From the human T2T-CHM13v2.0 reference genome, Homo sapiens, in the NCBI RefSeq assembly GCF_009914755.1, contig NC_060926.1: a stretch of 64,000 nucleotides of DNA. One strand, given 5' to 3'. The translations under genes and the position numbers were made by a program. Below the pieces are notes generated by a model. The model worked only from the letters and a program-made list of their open reading frames with translations, did not search any database and was not told the origin of the DNA. Positions 33,393 to 52,448 of the stretch are shown here, in pieces (within the stretch, counting starts at the first letter, position 1; every line of letters starts with the position of its first letter).

Positions 33393-33541
33393 CTTGCTGG
33401 TCTCAGGACTATCGGGGTCAAATTGAACTTGCTTAACAGCCAATTCTCTTCCTGTATCAACATCATAACAGAGGTAGACCCTTCCAAAGGCTCCTTGGCC
33501 AAGCAGTTTGCCCAATCTCCAGTTGGTCGGAGCTCGAGGTG
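33393..33541 (-). CDS. MAP3K2: MAP3K2 exon 13 (149 nt; kinase P-loop GQGAFG and AVK lysine)
   Basis: Overlaps ORF 33306..33515; CAG acceptor, GTAAA donor. Confidence 0.97.
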
Positions 33542-33899
33542 CTGAAAAAGAACACTTTCTTAAAGTGAAATATCAAACAGCACACAAATAAATGGTTAAT
33601 AACTAAATGAGCATACTGCATTAGTGACATCCTTCATTGAATGTACTTGGATATAAGGAAAAATTATGACTATCCAAATTCACAGTTACCGTCTTTCAAA
33701 TTTTTCTCTTTCGTCAATTTTCTACAAATCCTAAATCAAAAAGAGATTCATATCCCAAGACTCATTTTTTTCTGAAATTGTTTTCCTAATTACACATGTG
33801 ACAGCATCTTTCTTTCACTCAATCTAACATTCCAAAGACTGTAAGATGCACCATTTCTATTCTTCACTGCAGTAATATTTGTACTTAGTTTTTCAGCCT

Positions 33900-36650
<2,751 letters not shown>

Positions 36651-37264
36651 GCACACAAAAAGGAATTCAGAGTATGCAAATAGTGCTGCAATAAACATCT
36701 TTGAACATGAATCTTTGTATGCACTGCTTACACAGTAAGGTCTGAATGCTTTGCAATCCAGCCTGAGTTACCACTGTAGGCCTATTCCCACTATTTCAAG
36801 TAAGATACTCCCACATCAGCCAAAAATTGAACTATTCCCCATTTTTAGATGATGTTATGGCCTCTTGCACATTATCTCCTCAGCTGGTGATTTCTACTCA
36901 CATTTAAATGCTATACAATAATTATTTCTCCATGTATCATCTATCCCATTAGATTATGTCTTGGAGATTATGTTTGAAATCTCAGTGGTAGGCATTCAAC
37001 AAGGATATGTGGAATGCATGGATAAAGAATGACTAGTTGGTAATAATTTTCCTAATACAAGTGAAGAACAGAATTATCTAAAGTAATTAGCAGTGATACC
37101 ATGCTTATACCTGACATTCCAACCACCTTTAGAAACACCATTATTACCTTTTTTGAGTAGTTCATCTGACCCCAAAAACTCACTTAGTATTTATTCCTTT
37201 TAATAATATAAAATTCTGCAAAGATTCTGCTCTACATTTCACTATACCAAGTTCTATTACTTAC

Positions 37265-37471
37265 AACGGCTGGGTGGGCTGATGTCCATTACGGTCAAAG
37301 TAGGATTGTCTATGTCACTTCCCCTTCTTCTTATTCGACTATCATCATACTCTGGGGTAAAGATACTGCTTCCACTACTAGTGCTTAAGGAATGATCAGT
37401 AGGACTGAAACTCACAGGAGACCGTAAGCTGGTCCCCTGGGTCCTTCTAGCTCTTGGAAAAGTTTTACGAC
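37265..37471 (-). CDS. MAP3K2: MAP3K2 exon 12 (207 nt; GRKTFPRARRTQG...MDISPPSR)
   Basis: TAG acceptor, GTAAGT donor. Confidence 0.95.
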
Positions 37472-37704
37472 CTAAAAAATGAAAAGAGAATGACCTTATA
37501 CCTTTTATTAATATGTTATACTTTTAAAGTATTTAAAATTTGTAATGTAGAGAATAGAAATTTGTCCTGTGACTAGGCTAAGAAACTCAAATAGGAATGA
37601 TTGGGTGGGAAAAAATAAACAGGATCTGAATACAAATTCAAATAATCTCTTATGATAAAACATGTATGAGTGTGCACACAGAAACATACACACACACATC
37701 TTAA

Positions 37705-38141
<437 letters not shown>

Positions 38142-38183
38142 TAAGTATCAATCTCATCATCAAAGAGTAATTTTCTAATATCA

Positions 38184-38920
<737 letters not shown>

Positions 38921-39120
38921 TATTCATTTTCTTTTAAGGGATAACCAAGTCTTATAAGTTGTCATAAAGCCAAAATGCCCATTATACTTTTGTTATAACA
39001 CAATTCCTCATATTTTTCTAATGGTATTAACACAAATATGAGGTTTTAAAAAATTTTTGTATTTATTTTTGTTGTTGAGATTTTTTAACTATTCTTGTGG
39101 TCTAATTGCTAGAAACTTAC

Positions 39121-39213
39121 CATCATTATACTCTTGATGATGATATGAAACATGATACCTTCTTGGATATGTTCCTCCTTTTCCAAATTTCTCAAAGATA
39201 GGGTTATCATAGT
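39121..39213 (-). CDS. MAP3K2: MAP3K2 exon 11 (93 nt; YDNPIFEKFGKGGTYPRRYHV...YND)
   Basis: CAG acceptor, GTAAG donor. Confidence 0.95.
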
Positions 39214-39392
39214 CTGTTAAGACATATAAGATGGTTATCTTTTATTTAAAAAAAAAAGTTAAATATTTCTAATGATGAAAAGCACATTTATAAATCTTTA
39301 TTTGACTTTTCAAAAATCCCCCCTATCCCTCCCAGCCAAAACATTATCCAATGACATAAACATTTAAACATTTAGAATTTATAAAGTCTAAC

Positions 39393-39460
39393 CTGAAAAT
39401 TCCTGATGATTATCTGGGTAGCTCTGAGCCCTAGGCATTCGTGATTTTGGATAGCTCTCT
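39393..39460 (-). CDS. MAP3K2: MAP3K2 exon 10 (68 nt; ESYPKSRMPRAQSYPDNHQEFS)
   Basis: TAG acceptor, GTTAG donor. Confidence 0.95.
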
Positions 39461-40616
39461 CTATAAAGAAAAAACATCACATTAAGTTTACAGAAAGAAC
39501 GTAAGACATTAAAAAGAAAATCTTTGAGCAATATCTATATCTATCTGTGCCTCTCTGTATGTGTTTGTGTAAAGGAGCTCACTTTGAAAGGTTAGCATAC
39601 CTAAAAAAGAAAAACTACACTTACTTGGTACATGTAGGCAAAGAGCATGACTTAAAATTAACCTTACAGTACAGTGGAAGAATGACGTATTTTGGAATCA
39701 TTAGGTGTTTCTAAGCACTGTGTTTCAATCCAAGCTCTGCCACTTAACTATGTAACCTTGGCAAATCACCCTTCTGCATCAACAAAAAAGATAATTTCCA
39801 ACTATTCAAGTGTACATAAGTAAGGTATCCAGGATAGTGTTTTGCAAATGGTAAGTACTCAAATATATAGCTTTTTCGTTACTACTTCCCTGAATTTCTT
39901 AAATGTCTACCTTAAGATAGACATTGACACAGACAGAAATTTCATATACATGGATAAAAGAAACTTAAATGTGCATTCCCACGCAATATTAGTTATTTTT
40001 TTCAGAATTTGCTTTCATAAAGCAATTCCAGAGAGGATTACCAAGAATACTGTCCTATTGAGACCAGGAGGGGGAGCACGTGTAACAAAAAATTCACATT
40101 TTGCAACTTTATCCTGCTCATATTCCTGAACAGCTTTTTCACAAAAGTACTTAAATTTTTGCCTACATGTACCAATGTGACACAGTGGGCTACAATTTCC
40201 AAGAATTTAAATTATTTCTAATCTGGTGCCAGAATGAACATAATCCTGAACAGGTGAAATAACTCAGGAAATTTCCAAAACCAAACATATTAATGTAAAA
40301 GTTGATAGCACTTTTCATAAACACAGTTTTAAAAGTAAATGTACATAAATTCTAAATTTGATTTGCCTTCAAACACACAATTTTGACAAGCAGGAATACT
40401 CAAACTATTATAATCAGATTTCCTTTTAACTAACAAAGATACTGAGTCCCATGAGGTAAAGGGATTTATCCACACTGTGCAAAAATTCATCTGCCGTCAT
40501 CATACACAAGTACCAATTCTATTCCTCTGAATGTAGCACAAAAAAGTTACTGATAATTCAACATTCTATCTGTATGAATATTTACTCATATCTATTAAAA
40601 AAGAAAACTACAGTAA

Positions 40617-40920
40617 GCTGAGCATGGTGGCTCATGTGTGTAATCCCAGCGCTTTAGGAGACCAAGGCAGGAGGTTCGCTTGAGCCCAGGAGTTCAAGAT
40701 CAGCCTGGGTAACAAAGTGAGACCCCCATCTCTACAAATAATACAAACAAAATAGCCAGATGTGGTATTAATAGCAAATGCCTTTGGTCCTAGTTCCTCG
40801 GGGGTCAGAGGTGGGAGGACTGATGGAGCCAAGGAGGTCAAGGCTGCAGTAAGCCGCATTCACGCCACTGCGCTCCAGCCTGGGTGACAGCAAAACTCTG
40901 TCTCAAATAAACAAATAAAC
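40617..40920 (+). mobile_element. AluJ ending ~27 nt from the MAP3K2 exon 9 donor
   Basis: Diverged Alu; TSD-like aaaactacagtaa/aaaactacgataa. Confidence 0.88.
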
Positions 40921-40946
40921 CCTCCAAAAACTACGATAAACATTAC

Positions 40947-41026
40947 CCATCCAAAGGACTATCAAGTGATGGACAACTTCCTGAGCCAGAATTTTCAGGG
41001 CTGCTTAAAGATAATGGATCCAGCAT
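40947..41026 (-). CDS. MAP3K2: MAP3K2 exon 9 (80 nt; MLDPLSLSSPENSGSGSCPSLDSPLD)
   Basis: TAG acceptor, GTAAT donor. Confidence 0.95.
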
Positions 41027-41518
41027 CTAGGAAAAAAAGGAGTTCCACCATGATTCAATTTGATATAACCAAAAGTTGCTTATTAAAAAAACCTGCCTTA
41101 ATTAGACATACTTCATGTAACATAAAATTCACCCATTTAAAGTATACAAGTCAAGGCTTTTAGAATACTGAGAGTTGTGCAACCCTCACTCACAATTTTA
41201 GAACAATTCCATACTCAATAGTGGTCACTCTCCAGAGTTACTCATTTTCAAATGTCCCTTGTAAGCAAGCCACGACTTCAAAATTTCCTAAGAGAAAAAT
41301 ATTCTTTCTCTATAGACTATTGACTAAATAATTAAAAGCTACAATATTTCACACTATTTTGCTTACTGAAAACTGAACAACGGCCCCACCCAAACTGAGA
41401 CTAATGACACTATGACTATTACATTATTAGAAAATGTAAACTACTATAATAGTGTGAACATATAATGCGATGCAATGCAATGTTAAGGGAATAACAGCAA
41501 CTCCATGAAAACATTTTA

Positions 41519-41557
41519 GACTCCGTCTCAAAAAAAAAAAAAAAAAAAAAAAAAAAA
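41519..41557 (+). mobile_element. Extremely 5'-truncated Alu (GACTCCGTCTC + A28)
   Basis: Alu 3' terminus, pure poly(A), perfect 12-bp TSD GAAAACATTTTA (41507-41518 / 41558-41569). Confidence 0.9.
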
Positions 41558-41956
41558 GAAAACATTTTAATACTATAAAATTGAAGTATTTTTTAAATGT
41601 TTCAGAAAGTTCACAAACCTCAGTTTCACAAAGGTAAATATTTGTAGTTTCATTCTATCTTTCAAATGTTTAAAAAAAAAATCTGGCTGTTAAATTACAA
41701 AGCAAATGCATTATCATTCACTCACTCTCATTCATTCACTTATTGAGCAATATAAAACCAGCTGTATTCCAGCTTTCTTTATACAGGCACATGTAAATTA
41801 ATGGGCATTTTCCTATATTTTTTCTATTTTGTTCAGTTAAGAAGATATGTAATTAGAGAAGAGATAATACACACACACACCCAGTTACGTGCCAAATCAC
41901 ACTGACCCTGACAACATCTCTTTAAATTAAATTTAAAAAATCAAACTTTTGCTTAC

Positions 41957-42087
41957 TTGGTCCATGCTCTCTGGAATGAACTCTCCTTCACTGTTGATAC
42001 TAGTGAATGACCCATTCCGGGCAACCTGGTGTAATTCATCTGGAATGTAACCTGGGGGAGGAGAACTTCTATCTCTACTAGTAGGAC
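41957..42087 (-). CDS. MAP3K2: MAP3K2 exon 8 (131 nt; [18 protein letters not shown]...PESMDQ)
   Basis: GAG acceptor, GTAAG donor, in frame. Confidence 0.94.
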
Positions 42088-43262
42088 CTCAAGGAAGAAA
42101 AATAATGTAATTTATAATTATAGGCAAGGGAATCAAGTTTTGTTTTAAATAGGCTATATTTCTGAATTATATCATTAATAATTTCAGCAAAAGAAAATTC
42201 AATTTTTATTAAAACTTATCAGAACATTCATTTGTAAATCTTCAAATGGCTTTATAACCTTTGTAAATTCCCACCCTATCATAATTATTAACCTCACCAT
42301 AATATTCATTTATACTCACTAGGTAGGATGGTATTCTGACTGCTGATAGGATGATAATACAATATAGATTTCTGGCATTAAGACAGTTTATTTAAGTAAT
42401 CACATTTCTTATGAGACAATAACCCACTCTATTTTACTTGGTTCTGTGGAAATGATGCTATATTTATTAGTACAGTGTCTCACCTTTCCTCATAGTTTTT
42501 TGAAATTAAACTATGTGAGCATTTAAGTTCTGGTCCAATTTAAAGCAAAAAACATTTTAGCCTTATGTAAAGGAGTCATTGTGAGTATATGCAAGCATTT
42601 GTTAGTGAGACAGGGAGGAAAAAGAGAGCAAAATTATTACCAAGACATGTGCATAAAAGAGAGTACTGTCTACACTTGTCTGTAAAATGATTAGGAGCTC
42701 AATTTGAGTCAGGATTGATTTAGGCTTCATAACAACTGTAGCCACAATAATACTGGTCCCTAATATTTTTATTCCTTCCATATACCCGTGCTTACAAAAG
42801 ATCAATATAGTCAATTACTAAAAGGAGATAGGACCAAAAAAAAAAAAAAGCTATGAAAATTTTGTCTCCTTATTTGACAACCCTTTTTCACAGTAATGCG
42901 TATGCCAACGCACTCTTGGTTGAGACCTGTTTATCAGCATACACTCCTAACCTAAAGGAGTTTTTCCTCCATCTCCCTTTTATAAAAACAATTAAAAAGA
43001 ATAACTGCCAACATATAAGAAAAATAGATAATGGTCATATCTAGCAAAGCCATTCCAAGTTTAAAGCAGTGCCAATAAAAGACCACTAATTCTATACTTT
43101 ATGATTTCCAATTTCTTCTTATGCTGGCACTGACGTCAAACAAGAATATTTATTAGAATAAGACTGAGGTATTCAGTGTAATTTTAATTCAAAATATATT
43201 TAAAATGTCAATTTAACTAGTACATTTAGCTTGTTTTGTCTAATGCAACTAAAGTGAATTAG

Positions 43263-43560
<298 letters not shown>

Positions 43561-44601
43561 AAAGTGAATTAGCAATTTTTTAAAAAATGACAAGTACCGT
43601 AATGTGATAAGAAATGGGGATAAAGAAAGAAATGTACAATGAACATCTGAGCTTTGTACAATGTACAAAATGTATAAATGTACAATAAGCTTTCTAGTTT
43701 GAAAAGTAAAATGTACAAGTGTTCTCTCAATTTAATGCTACAACAATCCCATGATTTAAAGATGAAGACACATTTACTGGTCTCAGGTTCATCAGAGAGC
43801 TGGAATTTGAATTTGGGTGTTTCAAATGTTCTTTCACCAAATTTTAAAACTATATCGAAATATATCTGAATGCAAAAGACAAGCCATTTGTATTTTGCTT
43901 GTGTATCACCTCTGCTGCTCGCATTTCTGCATTCCTGAAACCCAAAGTAGGACTTATTTAAGACAGACACTTCGAAGAGAATGGTCATAAAATAGCTTCT
44001 TCTGGGGACCAAAAGAGAACATGAATAATGTCTATTTTTTTGATGGTTCACATGCCAATTCAATTTTTTCTTTGATTATCAACAATCCTCTTCTGTTACC
44101 AATCTTTTTTAGATTCCCAACCACATTTGTTTTTCCTCCTCTTTAACTTTTCTCTTTTAAATCCGCCCCTCATACATGTTTTCATGCCATCTTTAATGGC
44201 CATACTCACTGCCCTCTCTCAAAGAACATTTATACCAGCGGTTTTTTGAAACAATGTTAATGCTTTTATCAAATAAAAATGTAGATTATCAATGTTTTAT
44301 ACAAATTGAAGAACAGACAGAATGGGGAGTTGAGAGTACCTGTGTCAAACTCATGTTGCACGAATAAAGCCTCCTTAAACTACAGCATGCAAGATCTTTA
44401 TTTCTTTATATCATAATCTTAATTATAACAATAAATTAATGGCAAATGAAAATGAATACTAATAAAGTAATAATAAAGCATAATATAAAAATTCTTAGTA
44501 TCTTTATTTTGAGAGCATTCTTGGCAATCACTAAAACCCTAGAGAAAGGCTTGTGAATTTACACTCTATTAATTTTAATACATTATAATTACTTCTTTTA
44601 A

Positions 44602-44928
<327 letters not shown>

Positions 44929-45194
44929 TAAAACCTCTTTAAAGTTTTATTTGAATTTGTTAACATTAAAATACCCTGAGTATATAAATAAAGAATTTAA
45001 ATTGGAGATTACTAATCCTGTAAACTTGAATTTCCAAGGGACGTCAAATATTAGAGTGTATTTAAATTAAATTATAGGAAGTAGAGAAATAAAATATTAT
45101 TTATCAGGAATATGTTTAGGTGCCACACTACATTAAAGGATGGAGAAGAAATTGAGAAATCATTCATTTCATAATTCAGACACTAGTTTCTTAC

Positions 45195-45282
45195 CTATTA
45201 TAGATAGCCGTTTTTTCCTCTCTGCTCCAAATACTGTATTATCCAAATCTTCTAGTGATGGCAATGGTTCTAAATTAGTAGC
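45195..45282 (-). CDS. MAP3K2: MAP3K2 exon 7 (88 nt; ATNLEPLPSL...RKKRLSII)
   Basis: TAG acceptor, GTAAG donor. Confidence 0.95.
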
Positions 45283-45665
45283 CTACAAAGGAGAAAAGAC
45301 AGTTAATGCTATTCTTCCTCCTTGGGGCTTTAAACAGAATCCTCTCCCCTACCAAGTACAAAACATTTTATATTGTTTGTGAGCCTTAATCAAATCCTCT
45401 ACTCTTTGAAATTTTAATTCTAACATAATTCTAAGTTGTCAGTTTCTATTAGCTTCGTATGTACAACATATTATACTTATTTATAACTATGACTGTGGTT
45501 TTTGAGGAGTAAGGATATTAAAGTATAGTAATTAAAGGATGTAAGTTTACATTTAATCATAATGAAAATATTGCAATGATTATAGAATATAATTATGTTT
45601 CATATGTTAACTTTTACAAGCCTAAGTCCTATAATTCTTACTGAAAAAAATATCCCAAATCATAC

Positions 45666-45779
45666 CTGTGTACTTCCATTTATTACAAGTAATATCTTGA
45701 GGCTCTTCATATGAATACTACGATCCAGCAGTTCCACAGCTTTGTCCAAGTCATCTTGAGTAGTTAATGGAATTACCAA
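45666..45779 (-). CDS. MAP3K2: MAP3K2 exon 6 (114 nt; LVIPLTTQDDLDKAVELLD...NGSTQ)
   Basis: TAG acceptor, GTATG donor, in frame. Confidence 0.95.
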
Positions 45780-46884
45780 CTAAAAACAAACATAAGGAAC
45801 CATGCAGCTATCTCACCAGGTCAAGTTCTTCCATGAGCATCTCCACTACTAAGGAATTACAAATGTCAAAATACCTTGCTCTTTGATTTGTTACTATGAT
45901 GAAAGTCTGAATGTGTATGTGTATATTGTTTTGCCCTCCTCATTCTACCGCCACTAAAATCTTAGAATGAACATGTATGTTTTTAAATTTTTCTTTATTA
46001 ATCATTACATTCTTCTAGAAAATAACATTTAAAGATTAATTTTCTAGGATATTTCCATAATATTGCTAAATTTAAGTTATAGTATGTTCGCCCCTAAAAA
46101 GAATGAAGAAGTACAGACAAAGACCATATGAAATAAAGGTACTACTTTTCTTCTGTATAGATGAAACTCAGTTCTTTTTTCAATAGTAACCACAAATTTG
46201 CACTCTCAGCTGGTGTGCTCTTCAACATACCAACATCCTGAGCACCTGCCATGGAGGACAGCTGCCATGGAGGGGTACCACTAGTAACATATCTGCAATC
46301 TACAGCCCACCTAGAGTTCTTCTCTCTGAGCCTAGTGACCTGACCACTATACCCTAAAACAAATAAGCTAATGAGTTAACTATTCCATAGTAAACCCTGC
46401 ATGTGGAATCTGCTTTCACTAGTCTTCTCATGCAGCAGATGTTATAGAGGACAAAAGCACCTAAGAGGTCTATGAGAAAAAGTGTAATTCATACAATTTA
46501 AGAAATAAAAATATGTCCTTTTTTTAAAAAAAAAGTCAATTTAGTAACTTAAGAAGACTCTGTCAATAACTTCAAAGTATATTCCATTTCATTGAAGGAG
46601 GAACAGAATAAAAACAAGTGAACATATTCTGCACTAGTTAACCTGCTCTACTCAGCACAATATATGAGCCATTAAAATGCAAGGCTGAATTAATTTGGGG
46701 TCTCTACAGTATAAATTCTTTGAAGACAAGGACCCCCTACACCAGCAATGAGCAAAGAGCAGACAACCTGGTAAATGCTGTCTAATAAATCTCACAGTGT
46801 TAAAAGCTCAATCTGAACCCAAACCCACTAGCTGGCATGGTGTATGTTCATTCTGCAGACTTCTTTGTGAAAAAAGTCCTTGGG

Positions 46885-47179
46885 GTTTTTGATTTTTTGT
46901 TTTGAAATGGAGTCTCACTGTCATTCAGGCTGGAGTACAGTGGCAATCTCAGCTCACTGCAATCTGCCTCCTGGTTTCAAGTGATTCTCCTGCCTCAGCC
47001 TCCCCAGTAGCTGGGTTTACAGGCATGCACCACCACGCGTGGCTAATTTTTGTATTTTTAGCAGAGACAGGGTTTCAACATGTTGACCAGGCTGGTCTCA
47101 AACTCCTGACCTCAAATTATCTGCCCGCCTGGGCCTTCCAAAGTGCTGGGATTACAGGCGTGAGCCACCATGCCCAGCC
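46885..47179 (-). mobile_element. AluS
   Basis: Reverse Alu; TSD aaaaaagtccttg. Confidence 0.92.
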
Positions 47180-48121
47180 AAAAAAGTCCTTGTTATAAGA
47201 AAGGCTGCCAAACACGAATATAAAGAAGGATTTATGTTAATTCCATCAGACAATCTGCTTGCATTTACTTACTCTGTTGTTAAAATATATTCCCAATTTC
47301 TGTTTGTAGCTAATTTTGTATTACTGTAAGGGACCGACTAACTGGGCTCTTTTCGCTCTATGAGAATTTTTTTCTAATAAAATACAATTATTAACTGTTT
47401 GGTATCATAGAACAAGCCTGATCTACTGATCTACTTAAACACATTTCTATTTCCCACCAATTATGAAACATATTGGTATATCTTGCTTCTATCTTCAATA
47501 GTCTATTACTTTTCAAGCACTGGAAAACATTTTAAAGCAATGGTAATGACTGTTCCGCCGATTTTTCATTTGAGGGGAAAATCTGAATACTTACTTTTAT
47601 TATTCATTTATAACTGGATTGTTTACTTCTCCAAGATACTGCTACTTTTGGGGGAAAACAACACTAAGTCAAATGACAGAAAAAAATATGAACATAAATG
47701 ATTCTGCTGCTCTTCAGTTTGCTGCTGTAAAATGTGAACATCCTGGAGGGGTGCCTGGTGCAGCAGCTTAGGCACTTGCCTACAGACCTAATGTGATCCT
47801 GCCTGTGTTCTAAGGTTACCTATTACAAACCGTAAAATGAGGACTAAGAGTCATGAACAAGTCCCAGGTTATCTACATTACACTAAATAAATCAGATAAT
47901 GTTTTCTGGCTTGGTGAATTCATTTCAGTCTCATTCATGAAATCTATCACCCTCTGGCTTATTTTTGATAAATCAGTTGTTTGTTGATATAAATGCTTTC
48001 TAGAAAGGAAACTTAAAATTGAGTTCGAGAACCATTAAACAGAACTGAAATCTGAAAGAACTGAATTATCTTCCTGAATTTACATAGTGAAGTATGAAGA
48101 CAGCCATTAAAAGGTTCTCCA

Positions 48122-48423
48122 GGCTGGACGCAGTGGCTCACACCTGTAATCTCAGCACTTTGGGAGGCTGAGGTATGCGGGTCGCTTGAGCCCTGGAGTT
48201 TGAGACCAGCCTGGGCAACATGGTGAAACCACATCTCTAGAAAAAATACAAAAATTAACAAGGTATGGTAGTGCATGCCTGTAGTCCCAGCTACTTAGAA
48301 GGCTGAGTGGGGAGAGGATTGATTGAGCCAGGGAGGTCAAGGCTCCAGTAAGCCATGACTGTGCCTCTGTACTACAGCCTGGGTGACAGCGGGAGATGCT
48401 GTCTCAAAAAAAAAAAAAAAAAA
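48122..48423 (+). mobile_element. AluJ
   Basis: Full Alu with A tail. Confidence 0.92.
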
Positions 48424-48477
48424 TTCCTGCTCTACTCATCTAAAATGGAAGTGATCTTAGAAAATCCTTACTTGGCT

Positions 48478-48548
48478 TGAACACCTCCACATCCAACCCC
48501 CATGACACACACACACATGCACCCTGAACACCTCCACAACCAACCCTC

Positions 48549-48581
<33 letters not shown>
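48478..48581. repeat. Imperfect 47-bp duplication, each copy ending in (CA)n
   Basis: tgaacacctccaca at 48478 and 48525; CA tracts of different lengths. Confidence 0.88.
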
Positions 48582-48583
<2 letters not shown>

Positions 48584-49079
48584 CTTATTAAAGAGAAGCC
48601 AAACTAACAAATCCAAACAACCTCAGCTTATATTTCCAGCTTAAATTTCCTTAACGTTTCAATTCTAGCCAACTAGAAGTTTATAGAGTAACAGTTCATT
48701 TTGAACAGAGGAATTAATATTACACTAGAAAAATATTTATAGAAGTGGAATAACATGCAGTATAAATGAATTTTTTGCCTGACCACATGTCCACAAAACT
48801 AGTAAGACTTTCTTTAGTACCCCCAGTGTCCAAGATCATGCATTTGGTTTGGGACAATATGTCAAGATATGAAACAGGATACGGTTCACTCACAGAATCT
48901 CAGGGTTGCAAGAAATCTTAAATGTAATCTTATCCTAATGCCACCCCTACCACATTCCTGCCAAGAGGCCACCAAAATATAATGGTAGAACCACTCACAG
49001 AAATCCTTCAGAAAGCATGAGAAAAATAAACTAAAATGGAGCAGTTTTCCAATTTTTAGAAAATGGGAAAAGGTTCTTA

Positions 49080-49397
<318 letters not shown>

Positions 49398-49712
49398 CCA
49401 GTTAGCTTGATGTCAATCCTCAAGAAAACCCCAGAAAAAAATTACATAGCAAACTGGGAGAAGTCACTAAAAAAAAAACCAGCAATTCTTAGGAGGTGAC
49501 ATAGGTATAATATGGACAAATCATGTCATGCTAACCTCATTTTTCTTGATAGACCTACTAGGCTGTAGATAAAGACAATATTGTAGTCTTAATGTATCTT
49601 GGCATTTGAAAGTTTTCCATAATACAATTTTAGAAAAAAGAAAAAAAGATATGTCTAGGCTCCCCTATAATCATCCTATGAGATAATAATTCAAGTTCAA
49701 GACATTTTTTAA

Positions 49713-50344
<632 letters not shown>

Positions 50345-51146
50345 TACTTTATGCATTTCTTTCAAAGAACTTCGTATATTCAAACAACTCATTTATTAAT
50401 GGTTTGCTTGTACCACAAGTCTATAAGGTCTATACTCCATGAGGTGCTGCAACTTATAACTTATAGCATTATGCCTGAAAAATTAATAAATACTTTCTGA
50501 ATATAAAAAACAAATTCACCTAATTACTAACCCAATTATTAACTAAATTGTCCTATAAATTTTAAGATCACAAGATCCTGATATCTCATAGAATCTCAAG
50601 AACTAAAAGAAACTTCAGAGATCACTGAATCCAATCCTAAGTTTACAGAACATTAAAAAGGGGTTTCTCCACAACGCAGAGCTCCTCACTGCTAGAGCAA
50701 GCCCTTCAGATCATACATACTGATTCCCAAACATAATAAGCTAATTGAGCCCTAACCAACACTAAAATAATCCTTTAACTCAATTGTTTAACTACCAAAG
50801 CTCTGTCATCTGTAGCCAAGTGTAGAGTATGAGAGGAAAAGACAGTTCACCAATAAAGTACACAGAATAAAAACAAAACCATAAATAAGCAGCAAAATTC
50901 CAAGTAATACATATATTTTCCCCTATAATACACCCTCATTCAATTATTTGCATAGTAGCACCCTCTATTATTTTCCACAATGAAATAAATCCATTTTAGT
51001 CAGTTAAAATTTACTTGTTTTATCCTTCTGACATACCATATATTTATCAATCCCTAAATAAAAACACGAGTCTTAAAAGCAGTCTCTTAAACGAACACAT
51101 TACTTTTGAAGGTAAGATCTACTAAAGTTAAACTGTACATGTTTAC

Positions 51147-51246
51147 CTCGTTATTGGTATAATGTAGATCCATAGACTGTCCAAAGGCAATTTTAGCTTT
51201 AGATCTCAGATCTTCCAGTTTAACTGGTCTGGGGAACTGAAGGATT
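51147..51246 (-). CDS. MAP3K2: MAP3K2 exon 5 (100 nt; ILQFPRPVKLEDL...HYTNNE)
   Basis: TAG acceptor, GTAAA donor, in frame. Confidence 0.95.
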
Positions 51247-52136
51247 CTATATAAACACAATTTTAAGATTTTATTTTCTTAGGCAAAGTTAAATAATAAA
51301 CTTGCAAAAGTTACCTCCTTTTAGAGTGATACAAGATTAACTAAAAATTACGTAAATATTCACTTTACTTAACACTACAACAGCACATTTTTTAACACAG
51401 GCACACATTTTCAACACAAAGTTCAAAAACTCTGAAGTCTGTTTTATCCTAATACAAATTTTAAAAAGGAAATTCTCAAAATTTTCTGCAGTTTTTAATT
51501 TGCACTGAAACTACCATATGAATGTTAAAGAGCAATGCAAAATGTTTATTCAGGAAACTGATTAAACTTAACTATGTGACATCTGTATGACAGAATGAAA
51601 TGAAACTGTTAAAAAGAATAAAGTTGTTCTCCAGGGATTCAAATTTTGATTTCTGTATCCTTATCAACTCAACATTTTTGGGTACATATATCATGTAGGC
51701 ATACTTCCAAAATAAATATTTTTACAAGATTAAAATTCTAGTGTTTTCTTTCTGCTTCCCAAAGACTGGCCTGTGCTGCCCCTAGAGAGCATGCACCTAA
51801 AGCTTGAAGACCACCAATACCACACTATAAGCCCCATAAGGAAAAAGACTGTGTCTGCTTTGCTCCCTTTATTCCTTCAGGGCCTAGCATATACTAAGTA
51901 CTCAACAAATAATGCTGAATGAATGAAAAAATTGGGAAAATATCCAAAAAAGAATCTTAAATAGGAAAATAGATTGGATAGTTCCATGGTTTATCTGATA
52001 TATTCCAGTTTTAAATATTTCTATGTAGAATATGCTTATATGATTTGTGAGCCACTTTAAAATCCTTAAAACTGTTAGGCTTTTCACTACATTAATTTCA
52101 TGAGACACTAATAGCAGAAATGAAATTCTATCATCA

Positions 52137-52448
<312 letters not shown>

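Noticed and set aside
43569-44063. 164-aa minus-strand ORF in MAP3K2 intron 7
   Set aside because: AT-rich, no recognisable domain and no splice or promoter support; consistent with chance
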